Source: Sarea resinae (taxonomy: Eukaryota). From it: DNA of 64,000 nucleotides. Below the pieces are notes generated by a model that did no database searches, was not told where the DNA came from, and saw nothing but the letters and a program-made list of their open reading frames with translations. Below are positions 1 to 13,979 of the stretch, one piece after another. The translations under genes and the position numbers were made by a program. The stretch covers positions 62,001 to 126,000 of the forward strand of contig JAPEUD010000065.1 of the NCBI GenBank assembly GCA_026026165.1, in the 5' to 3' direction. Within the stretch, counting starts at the first letter, position 1, and each line of letters begins with the position of its first letter.

Positions 1-1030
1 CTTTGCGTCCACGGACTCTTACGGCCAGGCCGAGGTATCGATATGCCTGAAGGACTTCGGACTTCCCATCCCCACTGTTCTGCCTCGGTACCTCTGTACC
101 TGCCTAGGTACGAGCGAGACGACCCTGCTAAGACCATCGACAACCGACAACTTCTCCTTTTCGACTCTACAGTCCCAGAATGTACTCCGAGTACGCAGGC
201 GTTTCTATTAATAATGATCCCTCCTGGCTCTCCTTCTCCTTCCCCTTCTCCTGCTGCTTCTACTCTTCTACGGGAGTAACACGAGGAGACCCGGACAGCA
301 CAGACAGATACTCTACAGCGTACTCCGGAGTACTGAAGTACAGATGCAGTTGTATGCTGTATGACATCAGATGGGAGATGGGCGGGACAAGGGGAGCCGA
401 CTCGTGTCCTGTGTCTCTTGATATCATGTACCTCCGTCGGGATACTGCATTGCATGATCATCCTGTCGTTCTTTTGCACCGCCTGCGGTACGTGACTGAA
501 AGAAGATGGATCTCCATCGATAGAGATATATTTTGATCATTTCATTGGCACCTCCTTCCGCCTTGAGCTCTCATCCTCATCTACGACCATGTAGCCGGCC
601 GGTGTTGTAGACGTCTCGCGGGCAATTGAACCGGACTAGTATGGCAAAGGACAAATAATGAGCTTATTGCTGCATGTCCGCATCACTCACCAAGGCGCAG
701 TCGGACCAGCATCAATGATCAGCCGACGGAGTACGCTTATTGTCAATCTTACCAGAGGAGTAAACTGTAGCCGCGCGGGCCCAACTCCAATCGGCAAGCC
801 AATAAAGACCCTTCTTGACCATCTGAATGCGCGCGCTTCCAGACTGCGAGTAGAAGTAGAGGAGTCCTCGACTGCGGTCAGTAGTGTTCCAATCTGCATG
901 CAGCATCACATCACGTCCCCACCACGACTGCGACGACACCCGTACAGGCCTCCGCCTCAAAGCCATTCTGGAAGCATACGAATTCCCCAATCCTCTTGCT
1001 GCCTTATAGAGGAGGCTCCGCCAGCCATCG

Positions 1031-3737
1031 ATGCCCTCATCAAATTCCTTTGTCGAATCTAATCGATCCTCCTCTTCGTTCGCCGTACGGCAGGATCAAC
1101 CTGACAGTCAACGTACACCGGCCCCGGTGCTGACGTCGCCTGGCTACCCCAGCGACGTCCCCCAATATACCCCGCCGGATTCCTTCGCAGGCCAGACGCA
1201 GGACGACTCTTACGATCATCAGTGGCGTCAGAGAAGCTCATCTTCGGGGTTACCTTCCCGATCGCAAAGCCAGAGATATCCTCGGACCTCATACTCAAAT
1301 CTGAGTGCTCCGGTCGAGAGATTAGCGGCCGTGCCGCAAGGACAAGACATCGCGGACAGCAGCAGTAGCACTCCTCAACACGCTTCCGCTGCTAAGAAGA
1401 CAAAACGCAGCTTCTTTGGTATTGGGCGTAAAGACCCACCGTCTCAGAGCGCACCGGAACCGGCTTCAACTAGTGAGCCTACCCATCACTCTCACGCAAC
1501 GGGATTTGGACGTGCTTTATCAGTCCGTCGCAAGGAACACTCTCGTCGCCATCAGCAATCCCCTCCTACCTCCCCGCCAATTCCCCAAGCACCTGATACC
1601 CAAGCACCGCCAGCGGCACTGGGCGAAAACCAGCAAGGCATTGGATTGGACACTTCCCCTGTTGGTTCGTTTCCCCCAGCTTCGTTACCAAGCGAAGATC
1701 AACGCCAGGGACCCCCTATTCGAATCGTGGAACAACACGCGTCGACGACTCAGATAGGAACCCCACCTGGATGGGAGCCTGCTGGGCGTCGTCCGCCATC
1801 TACACAAAGAGACAGCTTTCAAGGTCGTCCACCATATCAGCCAGCGCCCCAAAGTACACCACCACAGCCATCTGAGTATCAAGCTTTTGATCCCAACCGG
1901 CCTGCTAGACCCAGCAATCAAGACCACCTTCAGAGTTTGAATCCGTCAAACTACGCTCCTCCCTATTACCCACGACAAGAAGGCCATATTTTGCCCGTCT
2001 CTGCCCAACCACAGTACGCACCACCCGGGTACAATCCTCGTCAAGACCAGCGGTCATCTGGATCCTCAGTTACGCAGGATATGCAGAGGTCAATGGGTGG
2101 CCCACCAGGAGCGCCTCAACAGTCACGCCGATCACTTGATAAGGAGGAGGTTGGCCATGGCGGAATTTCAAGAGAAAGCATCCTATCGCCACACGGATAT
2201 AATGCCCCCGGACAACCTCAGCCGTCATCTGCAGGAGCTGGTTCAGCTCCACCCACCCCAATTCACCAGAGTCAGGTCGCCAGAGGTGTTTCACAGCAGC
2301 AACAACAGCATGTAAACGAACAAGGACGAACTACTCCACCATTAAGCCGTAGTGGCGCCGATCCCGGGAATGGAGACTTTCCAAAAGCGGCCAAGCCTCA
2401 CGATGAACTCCGTAAGACCGCCATGCTCTACATTGAACATCTCAACTGTACTGACCACCAGCACAGGAGAAAAATACTCCAAAGTCAAGCGCCTCTATTT
2501 CGAACGGGAGGATCAGGTACAACAACTGAGCAACCAGATCCACCAGCTGCAAAACACTCTAGCAAATCAACGAATGTCACAATCCCGTACCGTCCTTGAC
2601 GATAATGAGTACAGTACTCGCTTCAACCGTCTGGATGGCGCCATCAACAATCTCGCCTTCAATATCCGAAAAGACTGGAAAGCCATCCCGCCCTGGATCC
2701 AACCTGTCGTCAACCACGACGCCCACAAAACAGGGACGAAAGAGATGACCGCTGTCGGTCGAGCATGCATATCTCGCTGGCTGGCCGACGAGATCTTCTG
2801 CCGGTTTTTCCACCCTGCTCTCGAGCCATCGCTATCTTCCCAACTCAAAATCATCGAAAAGAACCTCCGCACACATGCTCCTCCAACTCACTCCGCAGAA
2901 GAAGCCCAAGCCCTTCTGGCCAGGATCTCGAACTGGCGTCTCACTACCGTCGACGGCCTTTCCGAGTTGCTCTCGTCTCCACAGTCTACAGAGAACCGTG
3001 ATCAACTCTCAGAGATGCTTGTCGAGAAGCTCACTGCTTCTCTCGCCATGAATCTCGTTGATCCTCCGCCTCCAGGCCTAGAAGGCGGCGTCTCTATGCT
3101 GGTCGAGCTCGCTGTAGGGATAGCAGCTAATCTGCCCCTTGAGAGTCGCGAGCTCTATATAGAATATCCCCTTCCCGGCCAGCCCATCGCTCCGGACTTC
3201 ATGAGAATCGAGTCGGGACTTCCTCCGCTGTCAAATCCTGCAGGAAAGCTCTCACTCCAGGAGATAATAGACAGCGACCGGCTATCCGAGACGTCGAGTC
3301 TACGTCGGGATTCCAAGGACTTGTCCCCGGAAGCTATTGCATCCTTATCACAACAACAGCAACAACAGTCCCAGTCCCAGATCCAGTCTCGCAACGACGA
3401 AAATCAGAAAATGGATCAAGCCGCCTCCCATAAGAAAAAAGGCGGGCTTCTGGGTCTCATGGGCAAGAGTAAATCTTCGACCTCTTCTTCGACCTCGCCT
3501 ACCACTGCCACCAACGCCTCTCCGAACCCCAATAGCGCGACATCTACCACCTCGACGACGTCGACATCCCAACTCTCTTCCTCGCCTTCGTCTGCCGCTG
3601 ACCCTGCAGATCCGCATGGGGAGACTGATGCAGGCGGTGGTGGTGGTGGCGGTAGCCAAAGAGTAAGATTAGCCGTGTTTCTAGGAGTGGGAGTCAGGGC
3701 ACGGGGCGTCCTTGTCAAGGCGCCTGTTTATGTCTGA
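1031..3737 (+). CDS. Conserved fungal protein of unknown function (disordered P/Q/S-rich N-terminus, coiled-coil/helical C-terminal domain)
   Basis: ORF 1031.. joins ORF 2352..3737 via GT-AG intron 2412-2466 (gtaaga..ctgac..cacag), giving HDELR-EKYSKVKRLYF...LDDNEYSTRFNRLDGAINNLAFNIRKDW. The start codon is uncertain. Confidence 0.75.
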
Positions 3738-4169
3738 GACAATGGATGAAAGATGGAAGGGGAGGGAGAGCGAAGGGAAGGGAAAAGGAACAGGGACGAG
3801 AGTCCAGATTCAAGCCGGCGGATGGGCTCAGAGAAAGGCTAGCACAAGGACGACCGAAACGAAGGACGAAGGAGAGAGGGAAGGATAGGGCGGCGTTCTT
3901 CTTATTATCTATTCCCAACGTCTCTATTTTTGCTCTTCATTTTTGTTTTTGCATTTTTTTTTGGAATATCGAATGGAAACCGGACCCGGACGGACATTTA
4001 TAACACATATCTTCTCATCTTGCCTCTTCTCTCTCTAGACGCTAGGACCTAGCCGCCTAGCCTGCGGCCCTGCTTCCTCCCCGCCCCCTCTTTCTTACCC
4101 CATCTATCGTACTTAGTCAGTCACACGTCATATCTTGCATCGTAGTATACCATCCTCGTGTTTTCCTTT

Positions 4170-4465
4170 TATACAACCTTTCTTTCTTTCTCTCTCTCTT
4201 TCTTTTCCCCATTCATCAACCTAGTCGGTCTAGCTCGACGGCCCCCCCCCCCCTCCCTTTTCCTCCTCTGGACGAAAGCGAAAGCGAAAGCGAAAGCGAA
4301 ATGAAATAACACGAAACGGAATGAAAGAAAACGAAACGGAACGACACGAGAGCATTTATTGTTGATTGGAATGAAATATTTGATCTCATATAACAGAACC
4401 ACTCGGTCCATATTCTATCTACCCGTGAGAGAGCTTGCCGTGTATGTATGTATGTATGTATGTGT
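4170..4465. repeat. Simple repeats in a convergent intergenic region
   Basis: CT-rich tract, poly-C, (GCGAAA)n ~4275-4300, (TATG)n ~4442-4462. Confidence 0.9.
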
Positions 4466-4895
4466 GTATTGAGTATCCTCATCATTGGCAATCAATGTAT
4501 TACATTGAGTAGTGCAGTGCGGTGTGGTGCGATGTTGAGGGTGATGGTATTGCATTTTACGTATGCAGAAGTCGTCTCGCATATTGTACATGCACAGTCT
4601 TAGCTGTAACCAGCGACAGACACAAAAGCTCCAGGAACGTTAGTAGACAGAGTACGCACTGATGGTGATGATGACGATGGACAAGTTTCATATTCCTATC
4701 TCATCTCGTCACTTGGTAACAAGCCCTCCGAGGGCAATCATCTCCACCATCAACAAACAATCAACGAATTCGCAATCACGAATACACATTCAGACAATCA
4801 TATTCTCCACACCCCCCAGTTCTCCCAACGAGGAAATCACAAAAACACCCTCTCTCCTTTATCCCATTGTTTACCCCGCCTATAACATTGAAAAC

Positions 4896-6640
4896 TTACG
4901 CAAACCACTCACCGCCCAACCATCGGTTGAACATATCCAAGCTGGGCTCGGGCTGGTCAAGAGGCACCATGTGGCCAGCGGCATGGATCCTCAGGAAAGT
5001 AAAGTTACCGCTCGACTTCACCTCGCCAATCTTCTTGCCATTGTCCGTCAACTTCAAGTTGGAGAGGGGGGCCTTGTTGAAGGACTTCTGGCCAGGCCAC
5101 TCGAGCGCTTCGGTCCAGGCCTGATTGCCGAGCCAGTTGCAGATGAAGTCGGCGTCGCCCTGCAATGGTACATGAGTTAGTTATGGGTTTCGATTTATAG
5201 CAAGGGATTATTTTTAGACGTACAGCGTAGATCAAGACCGGGATCTTCTCTAGAATACCAGGCACCAAGCGATGGAATGGCTGCATCCAGTCACCCTGGA
5301 ACAAGAAGTTGCGGTTGATATCGAAGTTGCAGCTGTCGTAGCCAGAGACTTCGACACCAAGCTCCTTTTGCACCTCCTTCTGGTTCAGATAATCGGTGAT
5401 CCAGCCGAGCTGCTTGTAGCAGAGATTGTTGCCATCCTCACACTTTCCACGCACATCGTACACATTCTGGCCAGTGCGCTGGTACGGACCTAGCATTGCG
5501 TTGTTGCAGTAGATGGATGCGGGAACGCACGACCAGACGCTTTCGCTGTTGTAGCAGTTCTCGATCAGGCTGGCGCAGCGAGGGTAAGCATTCTCCATCG
5601 CTTGGCATTCGCCTTCATCGAGAACAGCAGGCCAGCCACCATCACCGCAGGCCATGGGCTTGTAGTGCTCATACTGGGTTAGGCCGTCCGTGAGTCCGTT
5701 ACCGATCATCACCGATTTGAGGTTGATGTTGGTCTTCTTGTGGCTGAGGATCTCCGAGGTAAAGACGGGGATATAGTGGCCTGCATATGACTCGCCGGCA
5801 ATATGGAAATCTTGCTTGGCATATTGAGGGAATTGCTTGAAGAAGAGAGTGAGCAGGGCGTAGACGTCCTTGCCTGCTGCGACGGTGTTGCTGACTGTGC
5901 CTCCACTGTACGAGAAGCCGACATTTACTGGCTGGTCGAGGAAAATGACCGAGGCATTCGAGTTCCATGAGTACGGGTTGTACACAACCTTGAGGTTTTC
6001 GTCGATGGATGAGGGTCCCAGCTCCAGGAAGAGCCCAGTCAACGAAGAGCAGCCTGGGCCACCATTCAACCAGAGCACAACGGGGTCATTGGCGGGATCA
6101 TTTCGAGATTCAAAGAACCCTGGGGAGATTAGCACATCTGACTAGTGCTGACCACGGGTCACACAGAAACTTACAGTAGAACAAGTGCTTGTCGTTCTCC
6201 TCATCGTCAAGATATCCACTGTATTGCTTGACACCCGGGTCGACGCCAAGCTTGCTCGGGTCGACACTCTTCGTCCTGAGGTTGTACGCCTCGAGCTTGC
6301 CATCGACATCCCTTTCCTTCTCGCCCTTGCTGTTCTCGACCCAGACGCTCTGAACGTCGGCCCCCCTCATGACATGATCCCACTCGCTATCAGGTCTGCG
6401 GGTATGCGGCTTCGGCAGAGAGAAGAAGCTGGCTGCATCCATCTGCTCAGGGAACATCATGGCGACCTCATCCCAGACCTGGCGAGCCTCCGAGGACAGC
6501 GACTTGAGGGAGTCCCTGAACGACTCGAGAGGTTTTGACCAGGCAGTCGATGCCTCTTTGGGAGCCTTGAGGATCTGCTGGTGGGGAGCGACAGCTGCCG
6601 AAGCTGCTCCCAAGAGGAGCGTTGTGGCAAGCACCTTCAT
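4896..6640 (-). CDS. cpyA: Vacuolar carboxypeptidase Y (peptidase S10)
   Basis: Signal/propeptide [25 protein letters not shown], catalytic GESYAG, AGHMVP. Introns 6120-6174 and 5160-5223. Confidence 0.97.
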
Positions 6641-7254
6641 GATGAGTGTGCTGCTCGAGTGTCGGGCTATCGGATAGCTCGAGCAGGGAGATAAGGACAA
6701 GCGAGAGAGAGAGAGATCGACCAGCCTGCTCGATACGTGATGAAGAGGCAGATGGATGAAATTCAAGTGATGAGATGAAGAGGATGATGATGATGATGCT
6801 GATGATGAATATGGAGATGGAGATGGAGATGGGGATGGGGATGGTAGACAGCAGGTGGAAGAGGTAGGTAGGCAGTAAGGCAGGTAGAGGTCCACGGGTA
6901 GCTAGCTCTCCAGCTGCTATGAGTCGTGACGATGATAAGAGGGCGACGGCGCCGGCGGAGGTCCTGTGACGAGGAGAGGTTGGGGTACCCAGGGACCGCA
7001 CCTATCAGAGCCCGACACCTGCCAGAAGCGGATATCAGTCGGCACTATGCCTAGACGGGCGATCTGCTGCGGAGATTGCCGCTCATCCCCTCGATTTGAT
7101 AGTGAACTGTGGACCTGAGGGTTACCTACGAAGTGTGTCATACATGTGAGAATAGAACCTCTCCAAAATCATCCTCTCAATTCTTCAAGGCCTCCAAGCA
7201 ACCCCATAGTGAAGAGGTGTTCATGACGGCAGCAGACACGCAGTCCAAGTCAAG

Positions 7255-8380
7255 ATGGTGATCAATCAGGTACAAACAGTTCCACCATCCCACGTCATCG
7301 GTCAAGGTGACATTCAACTGATCTCCTTCGTTGTAGCCGTCGAATCAGATCAAGTTGACCAATGTGTCACTCGTGCGCATGCGAAAGGGTATGGTACGAA
7401 CTCAAGAAGGAGGACTAAAAAGATGAGGCATACTAAGATACATGTTTCCGACAGCCAAGAAGCGTTTCGAGATAGCCTGTTACAAAAACAAAGTCCTGGA
7501 ATGGCGCAGCGGAGTGTAAGCACCCCGCATAGTCGCTTCTATCCGCCCACTCAAGTGCCTATCCAGTGAAACCGACATCGACAACGTCCTCCAGATTCCC
7601 AGCATCTTCCTCTCCGTCTCCAAAGGCCAGCTCGCACCCGCTCAGGACCTCGCCAAAGCTTTTGGCGCCAAAACCTCCCAAGACGACATCATCAACGAGA
7701 TCCTGCGCAAAGGCGAGCTCCAAGTCGGCGAGAAAGAGCGCCATGCCCAACTCGAACGGATGCACCATGAAGTTGTCGACATCGTCGCGGGCAAACTCAT
7801 CGATCCGAAGAGTAGACGGCCGTACACGACCGGCATGATTGAGAAGGCGTTGGATCAGCTTAGTTCACAAGGCCATGGGACGCAAAGCGAGGGAAAGGCA
7901 GCGGCCGAGGACAAGGCTGCCGCTGGTGCGGATGAAGACGGAGAGGGCAAGGCGAAAGGTAAGGCGCTTCCGACATGGACGGGCGTGGTGGCGACGCGCT
8001 CAGCCAAGTCGCAGGCGCTGGATGCCATGAAGGCGCTGATCGCGCATCAACCGATCCCGGTCGCTCGAGCACGGATGCGCTTACGTATCACATGCCCGAC
8101 GAACATCCTTAAGCAAGCAGCCAAGCAAGTACACCACGAGCATCCCAAGGGTGACGCAGCAGCAGAGGGGGCAGAGACCACCAAAGGTACGGTCAAAGAT
8201 CGGATATTGGGCTATATCGAGCAGGTCGAGACACAGGACGTGGTTGGAGGCGAATGGGAGGTCTTGGGTTTTGTTGAACCGGGGGCATACAAGGGCCTGG
8301 ATGAATTTGTAGGCGGAGAGACCAAGGGACGAGGGAGAATTGAGGTGTTGGATATGGCTGTGGGGTATGAGGGCGACTGA
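7255..8380 (+). CDS. SDO1: Ribosome maturation factor SBDS/Sdo1
   Basis: Spliced reading [53 protein letters not shown]...RPYTTGMIEKAL...KSQALDAMKAL. Three short 5' introns. Confidence 0.95.
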
Positions 8381-8978
8381 AGAACGATATACCGAGTAGA
8401 CGTGACATCAGTGGCTCTGTGGCATTCTGCACATACATTTACGAAAAGTCCATGACAATGAAAATGAAAATGAAAATGAAACCGTCTTTATTATGAGCTC
8501 ATAGAGCGAAACGGTTCAAGTGCGCAGTTGAAGGGGCTGTCACCTTGTGTCACCGTGGCCATGATGATACGTGTGGTATAGATGAGACATATGGAATGGA
8601 AACCCTTCGAATGAATATTTTCACATAGAGTAGAACTGTGCCTGCGAAAGTGGCCGATACAAGCATATTACCTTTTTCACGATACCGACCGACATCCAAT
8701 GAAGCCAGAAATCCGACGGGCCTTCCTCTATGGTTGACATGTTCACGCAATGTCCAGCTGATACACTCTAGAATCACAAGGCGAAGGCACATTAATTTTG
8801 TCATGATACCGAAACCGAACGAAGCCGGAAAATATCAATCGAGTTGTGTACATCTGGCCTAGCTTGTGCCAATTTAGACCAGCAGGACCACAATGCCGCA
8901 CGTATTTTCCGTACGAAACTCCACGTAATCTCCCACCCCCGGCAACAATCCTCCAACATCCATGATGCAACAATACGT

Positions 8979-9587
8979 TTAACCCTTCTTCTTCGAGACA
9001 CCGACGGTGCGACCTCTCCGACCGGTGGTCTTCGAGTGTTGACCACGCACACGGAGGCCCCAGTAGTGACGGAGACCACGGTGGGCCCGGATCTTCTTCA
9101 ATCTCTCCAAATCCTCACGAAGCTTGCTGTCGACGCCGTTGGCCAGAACTTGGTAATCCTTGCCATCAACAATGTCGCGTTGTCTGTTGAGAAACCACGT
9201 CGGGATCTTGTATTGAGTGGGGTTCTGGATGATGGTGACGATGCGCTCAAGTTCTTCGGAGGTAAGATCACCGGCGCTGATAGATAAATTAGTCAAGCCG
9301 GCCTAGACGTCGAAATCGAATCACTCGACCGGCGAGAGTCTTACCGCTTGTTGAGGTCGACATCGGCCTTCTTGCAGACCAAGTTGGAGTAGCGGCGACC
9401 GACACCCTTTATCTTGGTCAAGGCGTACATGACCTTTTGCTTTCCATCGACATTGGTGTTGAGAAGACGGAGGATGAACTGAAAGTTCGACTTCTCTCCG
9501 GAGACGAGAGCTGCGCAGATACCATCAGTATGTTTATCGATTTCCAAGTAGCCATAGACACGGCGTTCGTTCATTATACTTACACAT
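8979..9587 (-). CDS. RPS18: 40S ribosomal protein S18 (uS13)
   Basis: [24 protein letters not shown]...[32 protein letters not shown]. Introns 9511-9583 and 9277-9344; first exon is ATGT only. Confidence 0.98.
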
Positions 9588-11984
9588 GATGGGCGAATCG
9601 GTCGTCGTGAAGTCGGCTGGTTGTCGAAGTCGTCGTCGTCGTTCTTGAAGAGGGGAGAAGACATTTGTGCGGCTCTCGCTTAGTTTTCAGGACTCAGGCC
9701 CTACCCAGTCTACATTCGGTAAGCTTATCTTAGCTAAGCGAACCAATCGTTGGGTTTAGCAAGGCTATGGCATCTCATTTCTTTCTCCGAGGCTTCATGT
9801 TCTACTCCGTAGTACTCTGGAGGTCTTGTCGTGGGCATATCTTCCTCATGGGCCATGATTGTCTAGGTAGTCAGTATTTGGCTGTGAAGAACTCGATCCT
9901 CCGGAATGCCCGCAATCCGTTGCCTTGAAGGCTCAAGGCCTTCTCTGGAATATTCGGGCTTCCGTTTGACATAGGCCAAAAAGCATGCGCCTTTATCTTC
10001 GGTGCCGCGACTCCGTAATTGATTGCTGGCATATGGTCTGCTACTGCATCCGCCAAAATTTACCATCATCAGTTGAGGTTGCGCGAGGCTTAGTTCAAGT
10101 TGCTAGGACACTTTGTAAAGACAGAAAATCAAGAGACTTTTCATGATATTCAGAAGACCTCTTTGGATTTACTAATGCGTCTAATTGTAACTGATTGGGA
10201 CCGCGCACCTCTGGGAGTCGTTACAACAATTGAATTTTGTTTGCTTGCTACCGTGGCATAAGGCATGGCCAGGAAGCATCCTTCTAGATGCGAACGAGAG
10301 TGGGGCCCTACGCGGCCACACCCCACATTTGTGGCTTGGTCTACAGGAATAGAATCCAGCTCAGGAATCGCGAACAGCTTTTGCTGGCTCTGGATCTTTG
10401 TTTCGAAACAATCAAAGTTTTTAACCTGCCTAGTTCATCATGCAAATGGCGCGCGGTTGCGATTTTCACGATTGCTTCAGCCTTCCTTGGCTGGCCGCTC
10501 ACGGCACTTGCCTTCGACCGACGAATGCTTCGCACAAAGGGGAGGGAGTGCTCCAGGGGTGGCCTGCCTTCACTTACTGTAGTACTCCGAGTACTCTACT
10601 CTAGAGTACGGCGTTCAGAGTCACCATCACATGGACTTCCAGATTGGCAGCACGGCCTGTACCCAGAATGTGAACTGATTGGTCGTTGGATCTGCGAGTG
10701 AGATTTGTTGTGTATCTGTCCCTTGGCCAACTGCGGTAACGAATCTGATAGATACGAGCACTAGCGTCGGTGAGCCCGAATGAAGTGATACCTGCTCTAG
10801 AGGGAATGGAATGCGAGACGAGCCCGAAACGGGACGTAGATCGTGTCTACGGTCAAGACCTTAGCTAGAATCGTGGCAGATGCTCGGCAATGATATTGAC
10901 GAAGAGGCTCGGCACCGCAGAGTGCGACCCAGTGCGAATCGTTCAACAGCAACCTATACATCCAATCTTCTCTGGATAATGGGAGAGGATGACTGCTTCC
11001 CAGCTGCACTCTATCTTGGTGGAGTAGAGTACGGTAAGGTACGGAGCACACAGAACATAGTAAAGTACTATCTACCTAGGTAAGGTAGGAAAGGTAGTGT
11101 GACTTATCCGTACCTGCTCCGTACCGACCTTAGAGTATGTTCCTCAGATTGACAGGCCACCGCCAAGACACATAGCCAGCCAGCCCTGCGGACCATCAAT
11201 CAGAATAGAACGGCGAGCGCTGGCATGAGATACCGACCTCAAATACCGGCCCAGATGACTCTCCGGTACCTGATGTGCTGGTGTGACTGCGTCCAAGGAT
11301 GAAGTACCCCGAGGCACATGGATCCGGTATTGATGGGTACGGAGGGGAGAGGGGGAGAGGGTGAGAGGGTGAGAGGTGAGACGGGACGGCGTTTAGAGTT
11401 CCCGCGATTCGCCCGCCAAGCCTGCAGTTGCTATCACTAAGGTGCAGTGAATTACGCGGCCACTCCCCCTCGGTGTCAAGGTACGGACACAGCTGGAGAG
11501 CGACTTTGGTCTTGCACAGCCTACCTGTACCTACTCCGACCACTCACCTACCCAACTACCCGATCGAGCAGATCCCCCCATCTTCCAACCCGAGACCTGG
11601 GCTGAGTGTACTGAAGTACGCTCCATTCTGTTGACCTTGGTTTTCTTGCACACAGTCCCTCCTTCACTCCTTTCTTCATCAGTCATCATCAGACCTCGTA
11701 TCCCATCCTGCCAACCTCATCGACTTTCTCCATCGTCTTCGACAGCCAGAGCCATCTCTTGCGACAGCAGTCCCCCGGTTGCTCGAATCATCTGGCGATC
11801 CAGCAAAGGTACCCACGGCGATTAGGAGATCTCGATTGGTGTTCAAGACACGGAGTTGGTCAACATTAGCATCAGCCCTTGAAAACCCTCCAATTTACAG
11901 TCGTCCGTCCCTCGAGGCTGGCAAGAGCGACATCTTCCGTCCATCAGTGTTGCAGTCGTTTCTACCTTGACGGTGGCCGGCACA

Positions 11985-13979
11985 ATGGCTACGTCTAAAT
12001 CCTCCGCCTCCTCGGCTTCGTCGCAGTCGTCTCAATCCGGCTGCTTTGACCCCAACGATATGGATTCCTTCATCAACTACGATCAGATCGTCTATCCATC
12101 CCCATCTCCTTCGTCATCGCGATCACAATCGGATCCGGTTGCGGTCAATCCCAACAATACTCTTCTTCCCCCAAACCATTCCGGCCAGCAACAGATGTTT
12201 TCCGGGCCGAGTCATCAATATGATCTGCACAAGCAACAAACAGGTCTACCTGTCGGAGCGGTGGCTACGCTCACTGTCAATCAAGCCAGCAACTTGCAAT
12301 TCCCAAGAGATGCCTCCAATTTTGATGTCCCGTCCGGCGATAGCTTCTTCGGCATGAACCCTGGTGATGAGTTCATCGACTTCGGCGCAGGGTCTGCGAA
12401 CGATTCATTCGGCAGCGGTGCCGATCTCGACATGGACTACGATACTCCTACTCAAGACGGGCTCTCAGCTTTCCTGTATCCTGAACGTTCTGGCCCTTCT
12501 TCTGCCGAATATGTCAATCCCAGTGCAATTGGTGGACAGGAGGAGAATCCAGCAATGTCTCAGCCGGCAAGCAATGCCAACAATCAGAAGACCGCTGGTC
12601 GTCTGTGGCCCGGGATGCACCAACAGCAGGCCGCTATGGCCAAGGCCCAGGCGCAAGCACAGGCGCAAGCCCAGCATCAAAAGCAGCAACAGGTGCTCCA
12701 GCATCAACAGCAGCAGCGCACAGCTAGTGTACAGCCAAGGCACTCGGGTCGTCCAGAGAAGTCTGGCTACGCTGCAAATGACCCATTGGTTGAAGAAAAG
12801 ATCTCGCAGCTCTTGAACTCTATGAGGCAGGGCAGTGTGGCTTCATCATATGATGACGATGCCTCTACACCGTCCGCGAATGGCGTTCTGCCTCATATCG
12901 CAAAAATGAGAAAGGAAGAAGAGGACATGGATGAGGATGAGAGGCTCTTGGCAAGTGAGGAGGGAAAGAAACTTACGAGCAAAGAGCGCCGCCAACTCAG
13001 GAACAAGGTTTCCGCTAGAGCGTTCCGGTCACGAAGAAAAGGTATAGTATCACATAGCAACATGATTCATTCCAGTTACTGACATTTTACAGAATACATT
13101 GGCCAACTTGAAGGTGAAGTCGCCGCTAAGACGAACGAAGCCAACGATCTTAAAATCGAAAACCGAGCTCTGATGGACGAGAATAGACGCTTGTCAGACC
13201 TGACTCGTATGCTGCTCTCTTCTTCGGCCTTCTCGACTTTCTTGAACGATTTGGGCACCAAGAACATGCCTTCCCAGACACCATCAACCTCCGAGCAGCC
13301 TGCCATTAATCAAGCTGAACCACCCCGTCCGAATACCCACAAAGATGCCAACCCCAATCAATTTACGCAGCAGCAAATGAACATGCAGCAGCAAAATGAT
13401 CCACAGATCGGAATGGCTCTGGTGCCGGAAAATGCGTTCAACTTTTCCATGTTGGACATCAGCAACAATACAAACTCCTGGCCTGGCAACGCCGCAGGAT
13501 GGGCAAATCAATCCCAGGTCTTTTCTGTCCTCGAAATACCCGCAGGTCCCGCAGTCGATCGATTAGACTCTAGCTTCCTGTCAGAAAAGACTTCAGACCA
13601 CTTCGGCCCCAGCTTTTCCGGTGAAGCTAGTAAAAAGGACATGCCGGTAATCGAGCAACTACCGAGTGCCAAATTGGTTCAAGAGGAATCGGTCATTCAC
13701 GAGCCGTGCTCAGACGTGGACTTCGACGAGTCCGATCCCGCGTTCGCTCTTTTTGTCGATTTCCCCAGCGCCCGCCAGACCACTTTCGTTGCAACCGGGG
13801 AAGATATCTTTGGTGGTCTTCAGCCAGAGAAGCTGTTTTCGCGGATTGACCTCGTGGCGAGTCTTGAGAATGAAGTCGAGGAGACTGTCAGCGCAGCCGC
13901 CATGGGCAGATTCGAACGAACCTGCACTGGGCTGGAAGCGGCGTTCCAGAGGATCGAAAGAACAACTTCTTATTTGTAG
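11985..13979 (+). CDS. bZIP transcription factor (resembles the type annotated LziP-like in Aspergillus)
   Basis: Basic region KKLTSKERRQLRNKVSARAFRSRRK-EYIGQLE followed by a leucine zipper. Intron 13042-13092. Q-rich middle. Confidence 0.92.

Noticed and set aside
1031..3737. Methyltransferase label that I recall being attached to similar fungal proteins
   Set aside because: No SAM-binding glycine-rich motif is visible.
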